The position numbers and the translations under genes are program-made. From Basidiobolus meristosporus CBS 931.73 (Eukaryota > Fungi > Basidiobolomycota): a stretch of DNA of 32,847 bases. Shown one piece after another: positions 1 to 12,126 of this stretch (positions are counted from its first letter, which is position 1; every line of letters starts with the position of its first letter). The stretch is taken from the NCBI GenBank assembly GCA_002104905.1, contig MCFE01000828.1, positions 1 through 32,847 on the forward strand, given 5' to 3'. The notes beneath the pieces were generated by a model. The model had not been told where the DNA came from and made no database searches. It saw only the letters and a program-made list of their open reading frames with translations.

Positions 1-1376
1 TTACAGGAGGATTCCTCTAGTCCAGTACCCCAGAAGGTCCAGACTCTTTTGAAGGAGTATTCAGACATATTTCCAGAAGAGCTTGTAAGTCCTACCACCA
101 GTCAGAGATGTGGATCATGCCATTGAAGGCAGGAGATAGCCCTCCAGTGAGTAAGACTCCTTACAGAATGAGTCCATTGGAGTTGGAAAAGATGAAGAGA
201 CAAATAGATCAGTTACTGGAGCAAGGATATATCGGACCCAGCAAGTCACCTTGGGGAGCACCAGTACTTTTTGTGAAGAAGAAGGATGGAACACTCAGGA
301 TATGCATTGAATACAGAGCCCTGAGCCCAGTTACCATGAAGAATAAGTACCCCATACCTTGGATTGATGAGCTCTTGGACCAACTCAATGGAGCCACTAT
401 TTTCAGCAAGATTGACCTCATGTCAGGATACAACCAGATTAGGGTGAAGCCAGAAGACATCCCTACAACAGCATTCAGGACCATATAAGGACATTACAAG
501 TACTTAGTCATGAGATTTGGCCTTACCAATGCCCCTGCAACATTCATGACCCTGATGCAGACTGTCTTCCAGGAGTACTTAGACAAGTTTGTCATAATCT
601 ACCTAGATGATATATTGATATACAGCAAGACAGAAGAGGATCACTTGGTGCATGTTGAAAAGGTATTGAAGAAGCTAAGAGAGAACAAGCTTTATGGCAA
701 GCTACCCAAGTGTGAATTCCTCAAGGAACATGCGGAATATCTGGGACACATAGTGACTAGCACAGGAGTAACCTTAGACCTTAAGAAGGTTGGAGTTATC
801 AAGAATCTGAAGCAGCCCCATAGCATATCAGAGCTCTGATCATCCTTGGAATGGTTTCCTATTATTGGAAATTTGTCAAGTCCTTTGCAAGTATTGCAGC
901 CCTTTTAACTGATATCCTCAAGAAAGACAATACCTATAAGTGGGACATAGCTTCTGAAACTGCCTTCCAGATGCTCAAGAATGAACTTGCTAAGCTGTCA
1001 AGCTTGAGAATACCTGACTTCAGAAAAGAGTTTACTCTGTGCACAGATGCTTCAGATTAGGCAATTGGTGGAGTGTTGAGCCAAGAACACAAGGGAAAGG
1101 ACTACCCTGTTGCCTTTGAATCCAAGAAACTGAACTCAGCAGAACAGAACTATCCAGTGCATGAGAAGGAGATGCTTGCTATAATACACTGTTTGAAGAC
1201 ATGGAGATGCTATATTGATGGAGTCAAATGCACTGTAAAGACTGATCATGCCTCCCTCAAGTATATGTTTACTCAGAAGGTACTCACTAGAAGAATGACA
1301 AGATGGAGTGAATACATTCAGCAATTTAACTTGGAGACTGTCTACTGCCCTGGAAAAAACAAGATGGTTGCTGATG
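1..1376 (+). pseudogene. pol: Ty3/Gypsy pol fragment (RT and RNase H), same family as 12125-16258; runs off the window start
   Basis: ORF pieces 108-488, 510-839, 851-1060 and 1073-1376 are collinear with the intact protein ([39 protein letters not shown]). Broken by frameshifts and a TAG at 1058-1060. Homology stops at ...VAD (1376). Confidence 0.95.
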
Positions 1377-4322
1377 AAAAGATACTCTGTCTGCTTTGCA
1401 GCCTACCAGTCAAGTATGAGCCACTCATACTTTATTTTGAAGGCAGAAAAGACAGTTTGACTTTTGACTACATCAAAGGAAGACTTCTCCATGAAGAACT
1501 CACATGTAATGATCAAGCAGAGAAAACTGAAGATAATGCTCTATTTAGCTCAGAAAGGCACTCAGTAAAGAAGGGAAAGCACCAAAACCAATGAAAACCA
1601 GGTTGCTGTAACTACTGTAAAAAGCCAGGACACTGGGCAAAAGAATGCAAGAAGAAACAATCAGACAAGAAACAGAAACTAGAGCAGGCAAACCATATAA
1701 CTACTGATGAGCAGTTATTTGTAACTGTACAAGAGAGTGTAAGTTACCAAAGTAATTAATGGTGTATTGACTCTGGAGCATCACAGCATATTTGTGGTAT
1801 AGAGGTGTGGTTCAGCAACTTAAAGACTATTCCTGTAAGAAAGGTTCATCTGGGAGATTACTCTGCTCTGGAAGCTACTGTCAGTGAGTCAAAACTACTA
1901 AATATGAGCAATAGCTCAGGGGCAACAACAGCAAGACTGACTGACTTACTCTATGTGCCTGGAATAGCTAAGAACCTACTCTCATTCAATAAAGCAACTG
2001 CTCAGGGGCTGAAATTTGTTTTTGCTAAGATGAGCTGCTCAATATTGGATGAAAATGGACAAAAATTAGCTTTGGGAATCAGAGATCACAATAAATACTA
2101 GTTACAACGCAAGATCATTGTCCCTGAGTATGTCAACACTGCTGAAACAGACAACACCAACTGGGAGACGTGGCATAGGTGGCTAGGACACATTGGGAAA
2201 CAGAAAATGAGCCAATTAGTGAAAAATTAGTTTGTTTTGGGCCTAAAATACTCAATTCCAATTAAATGGAATGTTGGTAAGGGATGTTCATAAGGCAAGC
2301 AACTAGGCAACATTTCAAGAGCTCAGAAGGCATCAATACCACCAAAATATTGGCTATGGCATACTCAGACATATGTGACCCCATGAGATCACTATCCTTT
2401 GGAGCCAAGAGATAATTTATCATGTTTATTGATGACAAAACAAGATATACATGGTGTACATCCTCAAACAAAGGATGAAGCTTTAGAGATGTTTAAGCAC
2501 TTCAAGAACATGGCAGAAGCACAAACTGGGTATAATTGAAGGTACTACAAAGTGACAACGGAGGAGAATACTGTTCAAAGGAGTTTGCAAGATACTGCTC
2601 ATCTACTGGTATACTTCAACAGACCACAGTTCCTCATACTCTGCAGCAAAATAGAGTAGCAGAACATGCAAATAGAACAATAGTGGAGATGGGAAGATCT
2701 ATGCAACATGATAAGGGAATGGACTACAGGTTTTGGGCTAAATCTGCTGCTACCACAGTATACATCAAGAACGGATGCCCAACAACAGCACTATGTGATT
2801 TTACACCCTTTGAAGTATATTCAGGCCAGATCTCCAGCACCTCAAGATCTTTGGCAGTGATGTTTTTTATCACATCCCTGACATAAACTACTCAATGTTG
2901 CAACCAAAGAGTAGGAAAGGGATCTTTTTTGGGTATTGTGAAAATACCAAAGGGTATAGAGTGTATGATGGCAAAATTCGGAGGCTGATCAAGAGCAGGG
3001 ATGTTTTATTTAAGAAGAATTCAGATCACAAAGCCACTGAAATCATTGGCCAGCTACCTGATGATGCAATCAACACTAATGAAGAACATACTTACCTAAT
3101 TCAGCCAGATACGGATGCCCAGATCTGGGGACTAGACTTTAAGGGAACATTTGCTCTGGTTGCCAAGTTTAACTCCATTGGGACAGTTCTAGCCCTGGCA
3201 GCTATACACAGACTAGATCTACGCCAAATGGACGTCAAAACAGCCTTTTTAAATGGGGATTTGCAAGAAACTATATATAAGAAGCAACCAGAAGGTTTTA
3301 CAGATCCAAAAGACCCACTTAAGGTGTGCAAACTTAGAAGATCATTGTATGGGCTTAAGCAGGCACCTAGAGTATGGTATAACAAGATTGACAAAAATCT
3401 AGATGAAATTAGGTTCTCTAGTAGCACTGCAGATCACAGTGTATATATAAAACAGCTCAAAAAGGGTGTGTTCATTTTAGCTCTTTATGTGGACAACCCA
3501 ACTATAGCTACAAGTGATCAAGAGGCACTTAACAAACAAAATCAGATCTCTTCAGCCAGGTTGAGATGAAAGATCTTGGAAAATTGAGCAATATTCTTGG
3601 AATAGAAGTTGAATTCAACATACCAACGCAGAAAATTGAGCTGAATAAGTCTAAGTATATCAGGCACATTCCTAGACGCTTCAATATGGAAGATTGCAAA
3701 CCTGCAGCTACCTCCATGTACAATAACCTGAAATTAAGCAAATCTCAGCCAGTTATAGATGCAAATGGCTCAAATATGGACCAAAACTTTCCCTATCAAT
3801 CAATGGTTGGTAGCCTAATGTACTTGATGGTGTCTACACAACAAGATATTGCAGTGGCAGCTGAAATAGTCAGTCATTTCATGCAGAATTATGGATCAGA
3901 TCAATTTGCAGCAGTTAAGCAGATTTTCAGATATCTACAAGGTACCATAAATATGGTACTGGAATACTCTGGAGCAGCTAATAGGCAAATATTTGATGGT
4001 TATAGTGATTCAGATTGGGTTAGGATGTGATTGACAGACACTCTACTACAGGATATGTATTTCATATGTATCAACATGTATTTACAAGGATAATCAAAGT
4101 TGTATTTCATTAGCTAGAAGTCCTACTAATCATGCCATAACTAAGCGCATTGATATACAGTATCACTTTGGGAGGGAAGCTGTAGAAAATAACTTAGTAG
4201 AGTTAGTGTACTGCCCAACTAGCAAAATGGTGGCAGATATATTGACAAAACCACTGGCTAGGCCACAATTTGAAAATCTTGGGCAGAAACTATGACTGAG
4301 AAATTATTTAGCTGAGAGAGAA
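1377..4322 (+). pseudogene. Ty1/Copia family A internal region: gag C-terminus, protease, integrase, RT, RNase H (degenerate)
   Basis: Copia domain order: gag LCLLCSLP..YEPL, zinc knuckle CNYCKKPGHWAKEC (~1605-1650), protease IDSGASQH (~1765), WHRWLGH (~2170), integrase LQSDNGGEY and QQNRVAEHANRT, RT QMDVKTAFLNG, SLYGLKQAPRVW and LYVDN, RNase H GYSDSDW and HIDIQYHF. The RT N-terminus appears deleted near 3100. Confidence 0.92.
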
Positions 4323-4634
4323 TGTTGAAATATTTGACTATTTGGTATTGTTCAGCAGCTGAAAATGTACTTAACAAGTCTGGATTAGTCTTGTTCACTG
4401 TGGCACTAATTTACAGCTCTAACTTTGCCACTTTTTTCAGATTTATGAACTTATGATTATTCCCTTATAGTAAGTATCAAATTTGCGCTATTACTAAACA
4501 TTATGTACTCACCATGAAACTGTTACAGAATGCTCCTGAACATTGAGAAACCCTCCTTACTTAGTGTTAAAGCTGCATTACTTCTATAAAGGTATAAATG
4601 TTGAGCTACTTTACTAATAAACAATAGTTCAACT
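4323..4634 (+). repeat. Probable 3' LTR of the Copia family A element
   Basis: Purine tract GAGAGAGAA (4314-4322) follows the RNase H end and is followed by TGTTGAAAT. A TTCAAC inverted terminus lies at 4628-4633, after which another Copia RT begins. No second copy in the window, so the right boundary is approximate. Confidence 0.55.
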
Positions 4635-5356
4635 ATTATCACTCTTTCTTGATAAGTTCCTTATATCCAAATCACTTCTTAAATTGCAACCAGCAGTCTG
4701 GTGCATATTATGCTTAGAATATGTCTAGATATTGCAAACTCAGTGGGAGCAGTCAGCCAGCATAATCAGAATCAGGGATCTGATGATATTGCAGCTGTTG
4801 AGTGGATTTTTTGATACCTGAAGGGAATTACTGGTATCTACTTAAGGTACAACTATGGGGATTCAGTACATGATATTGTGGGATACTCTGATGCTGATTG
4901 GTGACAAAACCTGGAAGATAGAATATTTACCATAGGAGACTCCTTTCTCTACTATAAAGGAGCAATTTCATATAATTAAAGAAAGCAATAACTATATTAC
5001 TTTCCACCACAGAGGCAGAGTATATGGCCGCCTGCAAGGCTACAGCAGAAGCAATGCGGCCAAGAAAGCATTCTTAAGGTTTAGACTTATGTCATGAAAC
5101 ACCTACTACATTGTTTCATGATAATTAAGTATGTGCACAATTAGGTAAAAATACATCTTTTCATGCTAGAACTAAGCACATGGATATTAGACATCATTTA
5201 TATATGAAGCTATTGAGAATAGCTTAGCTAACTTAGTTTACTGTTCTACAAATAAAACTAATGCAACATATTTACCATGCCATTAGCTAGAGAAAAACTT
5301 GAATACCTTAGGTCAAAATTAAGTTTGGTCAGTATGAACCTTTAGTTCAGTGGGAG
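4635..5356 (+). pseudogene. Ty1/Copia family C fragment (RT C-terminus and RNase H) ending in a polypurine tract
   Basis: Degenerate GYSDADW, STTEAEYMAAC and KHMDIRH motifs; collinear with the minus-strand copy at 9439-10150. PPT AGTGGGAG at 5349-5356. Confidence 0.85.
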
Positions 5357-5703
5357 TGTTGTGAGTTTGTAATTCCACCTCAATATTCACCTAACTTAGT
5401 CACTTAGATCATTTCCTACAAATCTCAGAGAATATTAACCAAGTTCCATGCTAGGTTTTACTTGGAATATTTTAGCCAAAATATCAGGTACCCAGAGCAT
5501 GAAAATTCTTGAAGTTATCCAAACAGCCCCAAATTTTGCACACATGCTCTTGGGACCTTCCTAAGCCTATTTTACATGTTGGTAATGCCAAGACCATATA
5601 AAAGCTTAAATAATGCTCTTATATTCAATAAATCATTAAGTGAAAATTACATAATCTAATTGTTTTCCCAAGCACTTCCAAAATATCCAAGATTCCTACA
5701 GTA
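5357..5703 (+). repeat. Copia family C 3' LTR (about 345 bp)
   Basis: Starts TGTTGTG directly after the PPT. Carries the conserved core GGTACCCAGAGCATGAAAATT and aligns end to end with 22496-22836. Confidence 0.8.
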
Positions 5704-5901
5704 CCAAGTGCATGTCTACAAGGTTTGGAGCTATCTGGACAACTTTAATAATTTTCATATTCTGGGTACCTGATATTTTGATGAGAATATTCTAAGTAAC
5801 TTTCAACAAGGGGTTTGGTTGGTATTCTCTAAGATTTGCAGTTTACAATCTAAGTGATTAAGTAGGGTAAATATTCAGGTGGAATTACAAATTTTACAAC
5901 A
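5704..5901 (-). repeat. Partial Copia family C LTR (first ~200 bp) in inverted orientation
   Basis: Its reverse complement aligns to 5357-~5555. Ends TTTTACAACA at 5901 and contains CTGGGTACCTGATATTTTG. Confidence 0.8.
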
Positions 5902-6929
5902 GATTTTACTGCAAACTAGGTAAATATATCTGAGAATGTTTTGGTGGCCCTGTGATGGTACCTGGGTGGCATTGTGATGATCTTATTGCTGGCTACACTT
6001 ATTTAAGCAGACCCAACTAGCCAGTATATGCAAATACCATATATGAAAAAAACATTGACAGTATTTTAATGGTCTTGATGTGGACAACTGTTGACATTAT
6101 AATGGCAGTACAGTAGCATACTGCTAGAACTGTACAATGCTACCATACCAACTTACTAATTGGTATTTCCTTTTGCTACCTACCCTTGTTCCATTCACAC
6201 ATTCTGTTGTATACTCACCCCAAGTTGTTAGCTTGTTCACTATTACTATAGGTATTCCACAAATAGTTCAAATGAAAAAAAATCTGGCCTTCAGCTTACT
6301 TGCCTCTACATATGTGCACACCCACTACAATTGACACAGTTCTATCATCTCAGCTTTACAACATTCATTGTGATACTTGCAAAGTTGCTGTATACCTTGT
6401 GCTACTGGTAAGATATACATCCGGCAAGCATATGCTTGGTTGCTGTCACTTTTGTCACAAGCACCACTAAAATATCTGCTGAGTGCTTTTTGTAACTTTG
6501 TAAATATATTCCTTCTCCCTGCTGGATTCTAGTCCTCCTTGTATGTAAACTCTGGTTCTTGTTTGTATGAATTAGACTAGTTGCATTGTACCATGCCTGG
6601 GCAAGCAGCACAATCTGCCAATGTTAATAACAATTGGGTGCAATGATGTAGCTACCAGTTAGCAGGATTGCTCTTGGACAACTTTGCACTATGTGTGACA
6701 ATCTTGCACAATATGGTGCAATCTGACACAATGAGGCTTGTACAGCTGCTTGTGGCAACTCAAAGTGCTTGCATTATATGCACAACTAGATAACACTATT
6801 ATAGTAGGTTAATGCGGTATTTAGATAATTTTCATCCCTGTGAATGGAAAAAAATGCATACCACACTATAAAGTATACTAATACCTGCCATTTTGGTAGC
6901 CATAACTCCAATTGGATGGTGTGCCAGTG

Positions 6930-7330
6930 CTTGATTGGTGTAAAGTATCCTGAAGCTGTAAGGCCTCAATTGGCTCATTGACTGATGCACATGCTACCTG
7001 ATTTGCCATCAAAAATCCCATTTTGCCTATTGTTCAAGTAAATCCCTGATTTCAATGAATAGATAAGGTTTTATAGCTAGCACACAACTAATTGGGTGGT
7101 TGCATAACAGATTAAATGGCTGCACTGTTGTTACAGATCAGTTTATATAGGTATGCAGGGTTTTATCTTAAGGGGTTCTATCTCAACTGCAAGATGACCT
7201 CAATATTACTTGCATCAAAAATTTAGTGATCATTGGTATGCAATAGTTGAGATGGGATTGAAAAATAATGGATTGGCTGGATTATGACAAATGATGCCAT
7301 ATCAGCATGATTATAGCATCTTTTAATTCT
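6930..7330 (-). pseudogene. Possible highly degenerate Ty3-type RT/RNase H remnant from a different family
   Basis: Mixed-frame translation gives KPCIPI*TD, AAI*SVMQ, CASYKTLSIH and LRPYSFRILYTNQAL, weakly resembling RNase H motifs KPF..TDAS, AIGxVL, AYASRKL and FRPYL..TDH.AL. Confidence 0.3.
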
Positions 7331-7669
7331 TTTCTCACTGTGATTACTTAAGCACTTGGTAGTGGTTCACTCTACACACCTACACTACTTCCACGTTGAC
7401 TATTATATAGGCTACTTATGTACCTTTAGTCAGTGTTTTGCCTGCTAGTTGATGAGGGCAGTGATGCAGCTTGGCTGTGCTAAATTGCCCCAGAGGATGT
7501 TACAGAACCAGTGTGAGGTGCCATACACTGATGTGTTCTTCTAGTTGCCAAAGGCTTCAGCAGTGAAGTTATTTGCGGTGGGTCTTTGTTGATCTGTTCC
7601 CAAAAGTAACTTGCGGGTGATCATGTGTAACAGCCTATGCAGGTGTTACATGATGTATTGGAGAGATGT

Positions 7670-7986
7670 ATGTCAGACTGGGCTTATATTGATTGGATTG
7701 TCAAAGATTAGGATGTATTACAACTTACGGAAAGCCAAAGAGTGTGGTGCTTAACAGGAAGCAGAAACTATACAATGAGATTTCTGGTTATTTCAGAGTG
7801 CAAGTAGAGCATACATTGGGATATCTAAAAGGATTCACCCTATTGACAAGTAAATTCAAAGGAAAATCACATACAGACAAAAACAGCAGAGAAGGCAAAG
7901 TAGTCAAAATACTTTGTATTGTGGAGTGTATTCATACAGGAAGATATCTTCTGAGAGAAATGTGCCAGGAGCATTATGAAGAGTGA
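7670..7986 (+). pseudogene. C-terminal fragment of a PIF/Harbinger/ISL2EU-like (DDE_Tnp_4) transposase
   Basis: SDWAYID followed (frameshifted) by ITTYGKPKSVVLNRKQKLYNEISGYFRVQVEHTLGYLKGFTLL resembles D.GY...TPYKKP...L...QK.YN..IS..RV.VEH.IG.LK.F.IL around the last two catalytic residues. Confidence 0.55.
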
Positions 7987-9089
7987 ATAAAGCAAGTAAA
8001 AGCACTCTTCTGAGTAATATAAGCAAGACCTAGCAAACAGTAACTGTACTGAACAACTGGCATTATGGTAGAAATTATGGTGTCAGATCAATCTGCTGCT
8101 AAAAACAGGCTGGCACTGTAGGGTACTATCCAACAGAACCAGTCTACTTCTTATTCAATAGTGTAGAAATTGACTTGTAGTCAGGAGGAACCCAGCATAC
8201 TATGGTAAAGTGGTCCTAATAGGAATTAGAGGTTTGTTGCATCTAACCCAACTGTGCTTTACTTAACTGACTACCCATGTATTGGGGCTACTTAGACTCT
8301 TAATGCCAAAGGTGTGAGTATCTCCATGTGCACATCTGTCCTCACTATTTCCACTTTTTTCTGGCTGTCCTCCAGGTGCTAGCTCATCAAATTCATGACT
8401 GACTTTATGGTAATATTCTTGATGAGATTGGTGTAAGGTAGTAGTGCTGGTGTTGGGTAAAGGGACTTACATAGATCAGTACCATTGTCAATAGGTGAAA
8501 TGTCTTAAATACAATAATCTCTTATTATTACTTGAGTATTGAAAAAAGAGTGATATATTAGTGTTACATTATTGAATGTCAAGCTGTTTGCCCCATGGAT
8601 AAGAATGTGTTGATTCCATGCTGTAATTGAAGAGAAAAAGACCATGTGGCTCATGCAATGAGCCTCTTAGCAATAAAGCATGCAGACAGCCAAAAAGCTT
8701 CTTCAGGATAATGGCCATGTGTTGCCACACATATCCTACTACAGAATTTATCAGTCACTACTGCACCAGCAATATCTTGCTAGCCGCTTCATACCTCTAA
8801 AATCATTCCTAGCTGCACTTGTCACCTTACGTCAACTGAGTCAGGAGAGCTTATGATGCCATTTCACTCACCTGAGCCTTCCAAATATGACCTGCTAAAT
8901 GATGGCTCTAAAGTAGAAGTCTCACCAATGCACTGAGTGGTCATTTCACCTCACAACAGTACTCTGGAGGATACTGGCAATATATACTTTACCATCTGCT
9001 TGGTACCACTGGAAATCCATAATAGAGTTGGCAACACATGATCAAAAACCATCCTCACACTAACATATGCCCATAGTTGCATACAAATA

Positions 9090-9438
9090 TGCTGAAAGAG
9101 TCTGAAGCTAATGAAAGTGATTGGAAGATCAAGTAGATCATGTGGTATTCACTAATTGCATTGTTGAATATAAGAGGAATATATATGTACTTTTACACAA
9201 TCTTGGCATGAGTAACATGTATAATAGAGTGAGGAAGCTCACAAGAGCATGTGTGCAAAGTTTGGGGCTGTTTGGACAAATTTGATGATTTCATATTCTG
9301 GCTAGCTGATATTTTGGTGAAAATATTCCAAGTAAACCCAAACAAGGAATCTAGTTTATATTTACCAAGATTTGCAGGTCATGATCCCATTGACAAAGTT
9401 GGGTGAATACTTAGGGAGAGGTACAAACATGTGCACTA
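9090..9438 (-). repeat. 3' LTR of the Copia family C element
   Basis: Follows the PPT (plus-strand CTCCCACT at 9439-9446) and aligns with the other family C LTRs. Left boundary approximate. Confidence 0.75.
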
Positions 9439-11549
9439 CTCCCACTCAACTAAATGCTCATACTGACTAGTCCAGACTATGACCAGAGATTTTCAAATAT
9501 GTCTCTGGCTAATGGTTTGGTAAATAGGTCTGCAATCTTTTCATCTGTAGGAGAGTAAACTAAGCTAACTAGCTTGTTTCCTATGGCTTCACAAATGAAA
9601 TGATGTCAGATATTCATGTGATTGGTTCTGGCATGAAGGATTGGATTTTGATCATGTTGTGCACATCCTTGACAATCTTGAAATAAAGTGATAGGTTATT
9701 TTGGAATTAGCCCAAATCCTCAGAAAGCTTTTATAACCTTATTGCTACTTTTGTAGCTTTGTAGGCTGCCATATACACTACCACTGTGGTGGAAAGTGCT
9801 ACAGTTGGTTGCTTTCTTGAATCCCATGAAATTGCTCTTTTATAGTAAAGAAAGGAGTATCCGGTGATGGAGCATTTGTCTTCTAAGCTTTATCCCAAGT
9901 CAGTATTGGAGTATCCCTTAAGATTTTGTTCTGAATCCTCACAGGCTTACCATAAATATATATCAGCCAGTTCTTTTAAGTATACAAAAATCTGCTTGAC
10001 AGCTGCCAGATGTTCAGTTAGTGGTTATGATTATGCTGACTAACAGCTCCTATTGAATATGAGATTTCTGGACATGTTTCAGGCATGATGTATATCAGAT
10101 TGCCAACCATGGTTTGATAAAGGAATTCTGGGCTTTCAGATAACATCAGGCTCTCATTATTTAGATAAATTTTGACCAAGTCAAGATTTGTCCTCATTGA
10201 GTTAGCTGCCAGTTTGCAGTCTCCTATTTGGTACTTCTCAAGCATGTCTTGAATACACTTTGACTGGCTTAGGGTAATAGCTTGGGTACTTCTGTCTATA
10301 GAAGATATTATCCCCAAGTATTAATAGAATTCTCCTGGATTAAATATCTTGAATTAATTAGAAAGGCAGGACTTAGTCTCTTCTGAGCTTACTTTGCTAC
10401 TGGTGGCTATAATAAGATTGCCCACATATAGAGCTAATAGAGCTGAGTTTTCTCTATTTGGCTTAATGTAGTTATTTTAGTTAGCAGTAGTTCTTCAGAG
10501 ACTCAATGATTCAAAAAAAGAATTTATGTTGCAATTTCTGGCTGATGGTCAATGTTAAAACCTTATAGAGGTTCTTTAAGTTTGCAGATCAAATAGCGGC
10601 TATCTTTATAATCAAGCCCACAAGGCTGGCTTGTATACTCATCATTATGAAGTTCAGAGTTCAAAATGTAGCTTTTAAATCCAGTTGTTTACTAAAATTC
10701 TTATATTAAGCCGTAACAGCCAAAATTGATCTGATTAAATGAAACCTGGCTACTGGTGCAAAGGTGAGTATAGTCAAGTCCTGTTGTTTAGGTGTTTGCT
10801 TTGACCAGAAGTCTTGCTCAGCATTTCTCAGTTCTACCATCAACCTTGTGTTTTGCCTTGAAGACCCATCTGCATCCAGTTGATTTTTAGTTGATTGGTA
10901 ATTTGACCAAGTCCCAAGTGTGATTTCCATCAAAGGCTAACAATCCTCAGTCATTGCAGATCTCCAAAGTTTAGTCTATGAGCTATACAAGGCCACTTTT
11001 AAAGTTAGTTGAATAGGCAGAGGCCAAGTTTGTACCCTCATTTATAGAGAAATTTGGGCTATTTCTGCTCTGGTGGGATATCCTGATTTGAAATACTGCT
11101 ATAATCACCTATGCACTATTCCTGGGCACTGATTCAGGCTGAATTAATGTTGTAGATCTCTCAGGAGTAAGAAATTCTTCATTGCTTTGCCCTGATTCCA
11201 TCCTAACTATTGGTGTATTTGCAATCAGATATTTGGCATTACCTGATGTCACTTTTTGGTAGAATTTTGATTTTTTATCAAATAGTTGATCCCTAGACTT
11301 GATCAGCTTCTTTGCCTTGCTAATGTAAAGTCTGTGTATCTATACTCATTGCAGTGGTGCAAATACTTGCATTTTACTCTATTTGGCCCAAATTTTGATT
11401 GCTTTTTGTGCAGCTTCTTGGCATATGCTACACGCCCAAATAGTCTTAGAAGTCCTGCACTTTGTCTGTATCCATATCATGCCTCAAACAGAGTAGAGTT
11501 TCAATGTGCTCTGCTACAGCTCCTTCTACTAAGGTATACATCTGTGGCA
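9439..11549 (-). pseudogene. Copia family C integrase C-terminus, RT and RNase H (degenerate)
   Basis: LFGRVAY, TFAPVARFHLIRSILA, ITLSQSKCIQDMLEKY and FLYQTMVGNLIYIM. ORF-track pieces 10706-10933 and 10018-10317. Confidence 0.9.
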
Positions 11550-11746
11550 ACTGTGTTACAAGTCTTGGTATAAAAGTTGTAGAGAATAGGGAGTTTAGCT
11601 AGTATTGTATTCACTAAAACTTGACCTGATGTTTACTGAGATTCCAGCAGCTCCTTATATACATTTTGCCAGATCAATTGCTGACTAATTGCATTTCCTA
11701 GTGTAGGGTGTGGCTGATGACTCATTTGATTGCATCATCATCACTC

Positions 11747-12114
11747 TGTTACAAGTCTTGGTATAAGAGTTGTAGAGGAATAGGGAGTTTAGCTAGTATT
11801 GTATTCACTAAAACTTGAACTGATTTTTATTGAGGTTCCAGCAGCTCCTTATATACATTTTGCCAGATCAATTGCTGACTAATTGTATTTCCTAATGTAG
11901 GTTGTGGCTGAGGACTCATTTGATTGCATCATCATCACCCAATAAGATCCTACTTAATATATCTATTTCTGTCTGATAAGGATCTGCTGATTCATTTGCT
12001 GACTAATGCTACTGATTTCATAGATAATACTGATGTACTGATAACCTAAACATATACTAACTGATTTGACTAAAAACTGATCTAACTTAAACATTCAAGC
12101 GGCAGATCATAACA
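11747..12114 (-). repeat. 3' LTR of the young Ty3 element
   Basis: Direct repeat of 16317-16684, 367 of 368 bases identical. Confidence 0.98.
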
Positions 12115-12126
12115 TTCTCCCCTACT
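12115..12126 (-). other. Polypurine tract of the young Ty3 element
   Basis: Minus strand AGTAGGGGAGAA directly abuts the TG of the 3' LTR and overlaps the pol stop codon. Confidence 0.9.

Noticed and set aside
209-484. Antisense and alternate-frame ORFs over pol (also 1136-1324, 3101-3427, 12870-13073, 13496-13684, 15090-15446, 18243-18431, 19913-20191, 29862-30137)
   Set aside because: They are shadows of the TE coding strand and recur only because the elements are repeated; no independent motifs.
5357-5901. Ginger or foldback DNA transposon with TGT...ACA ends and long TIRs
   Set aside because: The left arm follows a Copia PPT and is a complete 345-bp LTR; other copies abut PBS or PPT. 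Better explained as two opposed LTRs.
6108-6135. Hairpin GTACAGTAGCA-TAC-TGCTA(GAA)CTGTAC, possible Helitron 3' end
   Set aside because: No properly spaced CTRR terminus, no Rep/helicase sequence, single copy.
6150-6560. Possible Ty3 integrase tail and chromodomain on the minus strand
   Set aside because: Resemblance needs several frame switches and few residues match; not supportable by eye.
6577-6789. Possible MITE bounded by CTAGTTG / CAACTAG
   Set aside because: Only 7 bp of inverted match, no TSD, no second copy.
8000-9089. Unassigned interval, checked for LINE RT, tyrosine recombinase and Copia continuation
   Set aside because: No convincing motif in any frame; left unannotated.
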